IMG/VR virus record: IMGVR_UViG_3300037464_000047
Source of the DNA: a virus
DNA: 64,000 nt
Reading direction: 5' to 3' (one strand)
Shown: positions 62,385 through 64,000 of the stretch, one piece after another
Layout of the letters: the number at the start of each line of letters is the position of its first letter
Position numbering within the stretch: position 1 is the stretch's first letter
Made by a program: the position numbers and the translations under genes
The notes under the pieces: model-generated
The model's input: only the letters and a program-made list of their open reading frames with translations
What the model was told of the DNA's origin: nothing
The model's database searches: none

Positions 62385-62849
62385 TCACCCGTAGGTGGTG
62401 CCGGTGACCCGGATGGCGCCGTTCTCCAGGACCTGGCGACTGGTGGTGTAGCCCTTGGTGCGGAGCTCCTTCTCCGCGACCTGGACGGCGTAGTTCTGCG
62501 CGACCTTCTCCCGCTTCTTCACCGGGAAGGTGCTCCGGGCGTCGTACTCGGAGATGTAGGCCGTGTACTTGCCGTTCTCCGCCCGCCGGTACCCAATGTC
62601 GTTGGCCAGGGCGCCCACGTGCTTGCGCCGGATGATGACGTGGCAGGGCGGCGCGTAGTCCGAGTCCCCCGGCAACCGGACGGACCGGTTGTCCCCACTG
62701 AACCCGAAGAGGTGCGAGGCCCGGTTCTCCAGGCTCGCGTCCGCATGGAATTCGACGTTGCCCTGGCCGAAAACTTCCTCCAAGGCCGAGATGAAGATCT
62801 TCTCGTGCTTCTGGTCGAACTCGACTGCGACCTCAGTAAAATGCGACAT
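62385..62849 (-). CDS. DUF1257 (Ycf35-like) protein, copy 2
   Basis: MSHFTEV...DIGYRR..G.Y....Y...QNYA. Confidence 0.8.
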   Translation of the reverse strand: MSHFTEVAVEFDQKHEKIFISALEEVFGQGNVEFHADASLENRASHLFGFSGDNRSVRLPGDSDYAPPCHVIIRRKHVGALANDIGYRRAENGKYTAYISEYDARSTFPVKKREKVAQNYAVQVAEKELRTKGYTTSRQVLENGAIRVTGTTYG

Positions 62850-62903
62850 GTGCCTCTCCTGAGAGGGCCGGCCCAGGCGGCAGGGCCGGCGAGGTGGAAG
62901 CGG

Positions 62904-63356
62904 TCAGCGGTAGGTGGTGCCGACGACCTGGTACGCCCCAGTCTCCTGGACGTACTTGCGGTTGACGCTGTAGCCCTTGGCCTTCAGCTCGTTCTCGGCC
63001 ACGAAGACGGCGTAGTTCTGGGCCGTCTTCTGCTGGGCCTCCACGGGGAAGCCCGCCGCGTCGACGTAGGCGTCGTAGCCCCCCGTCTCGTTGCGCCGGT
63101 AGCCGAGGTCGTTGACGGCGACATCGCGGCCCAGGGCCTTCTCCTGGGTCTTGCGGCGCACGATGATGTGGCACGTGGGGATCTCGCTGCCCCAGCGCGT
63201 GTTGCCGGTGGCCCGCTCCCCATCCCACAGCTTCATGTGCTGGGCCTCCTCGTAGACCTCGATGTTCCCCTTGCCGAAGTACTCCTCCAGCGCGGAGATG
63301 ACCTCCTTCTCGTGCTTCTGCTGGAAGGCGACCTTGATCTCGGTGTAGTGCGACAT
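62904..63356 (-). CDS. DUF1257 (Ycf35-like) protein, copy 1
   Basis: MSHYTEI...DLGYRRNETGGY...QNYA. Confidence 0.8.
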   Translation of the reverse strand: MSHYTEIKVAFQQKHEKEVISALEEYFGKGNIEVYEEAQHMKLWDGERATGNTRWGSEIPTCHIIVRRKTQEKALGRDVAVNDLGYRRNETGGYDAYVDAAGFPVEAQQKTAQNYAVFVAENELKAKGYSVNRKYVQETGAYQVVGTTYR

Positions 63357-63432
63357 GCTGTCCTCGGTGAAGGACGGGCCCTGAGTGGACCCGTCCGGTT
63401 GAAATCTACTGCGTCCTCAGAGAGCTCGCCCG

Positions 63433-64000
63433 TCAGGCCTGACCGATGTCGACCATGCGGCCGTGTCCGATGGGGAGGGTGGTGGGTTGGACCTGGGTGT
63501 TGGCGCTGCGCGTCCGGGTCTCGCAGAACTTGCGCAGAGCCTTGATGTCCTCCGCCATGGTCTTCGAGAGGGGGAAGGTGTCGCCCAAGGCCTTGATGAT
63601 GTCCTGGGTCGTCAGCTTGCGCTGGCCCTCATCGAACGCAGTGTAGAGGGCCTCGTTGATGGCGGCCTCGATCTCCGCACCGGAGTAGTCCTCCGAGTCG
63701 TTCACCAGGGATTTCAGGTTGATGGTGTCCCCGATGAGGCCCTCCCGCCCCCGCTTCTTCAGGTGGATGCGGAAGATCTCCTCCCTCTCCGGAGCGTTGG
63801 GCAGGTCGATGGAGAAGATCTCATCGAAGCGGCCCTTGCGCAGGAACTCCGGCGGGAGCATGTCGATGCGGTTGGCGGTGGCGTAGACGAAGACGGCCTT
63901 CGTCTTCTCCTGCATCCAGGTGAGGAAGGTACCAAAGACCCGGGCCCCCACACCGGAGTCGTTCTGCCCGCCGCCCTTGGCCCCCGCGAGGCCCTTCTCG
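63433..64000 (-). CDS. Ycf46-like AAA+ ATPase (partial, N-terminus outside the window)
   Basis: EKGL...[12 protein letters not shown]...[30 protein letters not shown]. Confidence 0.9.
   Translation of the reverse strand, partial: EKGLAGAKGGGQNDSGVGARVFGTFLTWMQEKTKAVFVYATANRIDMLPPEFLRKGRFDEIFSIDLPNAPEREEIFRIHLKKRGREGLIGDTINLKSLVNDSEDYSGAEIEAAINEALYTAFDEGQRKLTTQDIIKALGDTFPLSKTMAEDIKALRKFCETRTRSANTQVQPTTLPIGHGRMVDIGQA

Noticed and set aside
1-64000. rRNA, tRNA, integrase, transposase, reverse transcriptase, intein or intron, capsid or terminase genes
   Set aside because: No supporting motifs were recognised in this window

Overview
A 64-kb segment of a GC-rich, large contractile-tailed (myovirus-like, probably jumbo) phage genome. 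It uses the standard genetic code and is densely coding. A Myxococcota-like host is a guess from GC content and gene content. There are four blocks. (1) 1-5.6 kb, + strand: tail genes (completion protein, 1123-aa sheath, tube). (2) About 5.8-44.8 kb, mostly - strand: about 90 small accessory/early genes arranged as terminator-promoter-RBS cassettes. About 22 copies of a minus-strand AAA-N13-16-GG[G/C]ATAAG promoter-like motif lie in this block. It encodes NUDIX, Csp, ATP-grasp, three transglutaminase-like paralogs, dCMP deaminase, a decayed HNH and an HNH-RNA ligase fusion. (3) 45.3-59.0 kb, + strand: HTH, a probable tail-assembly chaperone pair with a -1 slippery site, GroES-like, DUF3307, HAD, GH19 endolysin, RHH regulators and a SWIM+kinase protein. 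(4) 59.1-64 kb, - strand: a Ycf46-like AAA ATPase cluster with two DUF1257 genes, DUF2997, SWIM and a DUF3150-like gene. The standout is an ORF-free locus of about 340 nt at the strand switch (44925-45260). It lies behind a good sigma70 promoter and holds three copies of GGTGACGAGCCC-N4-TGGGACGATGG. Each copy sits in an outer stem whose sequence differs between copies but still base-pairs. This is a candidate undescribed multi-domain structured phage RNA with box C/D / K-turn-like cores. No tRNA, rRNA, CRISPR array, integrase, capsid or terminase gene was found. All family assignments come from motif recognition by eye; no database searches were run.
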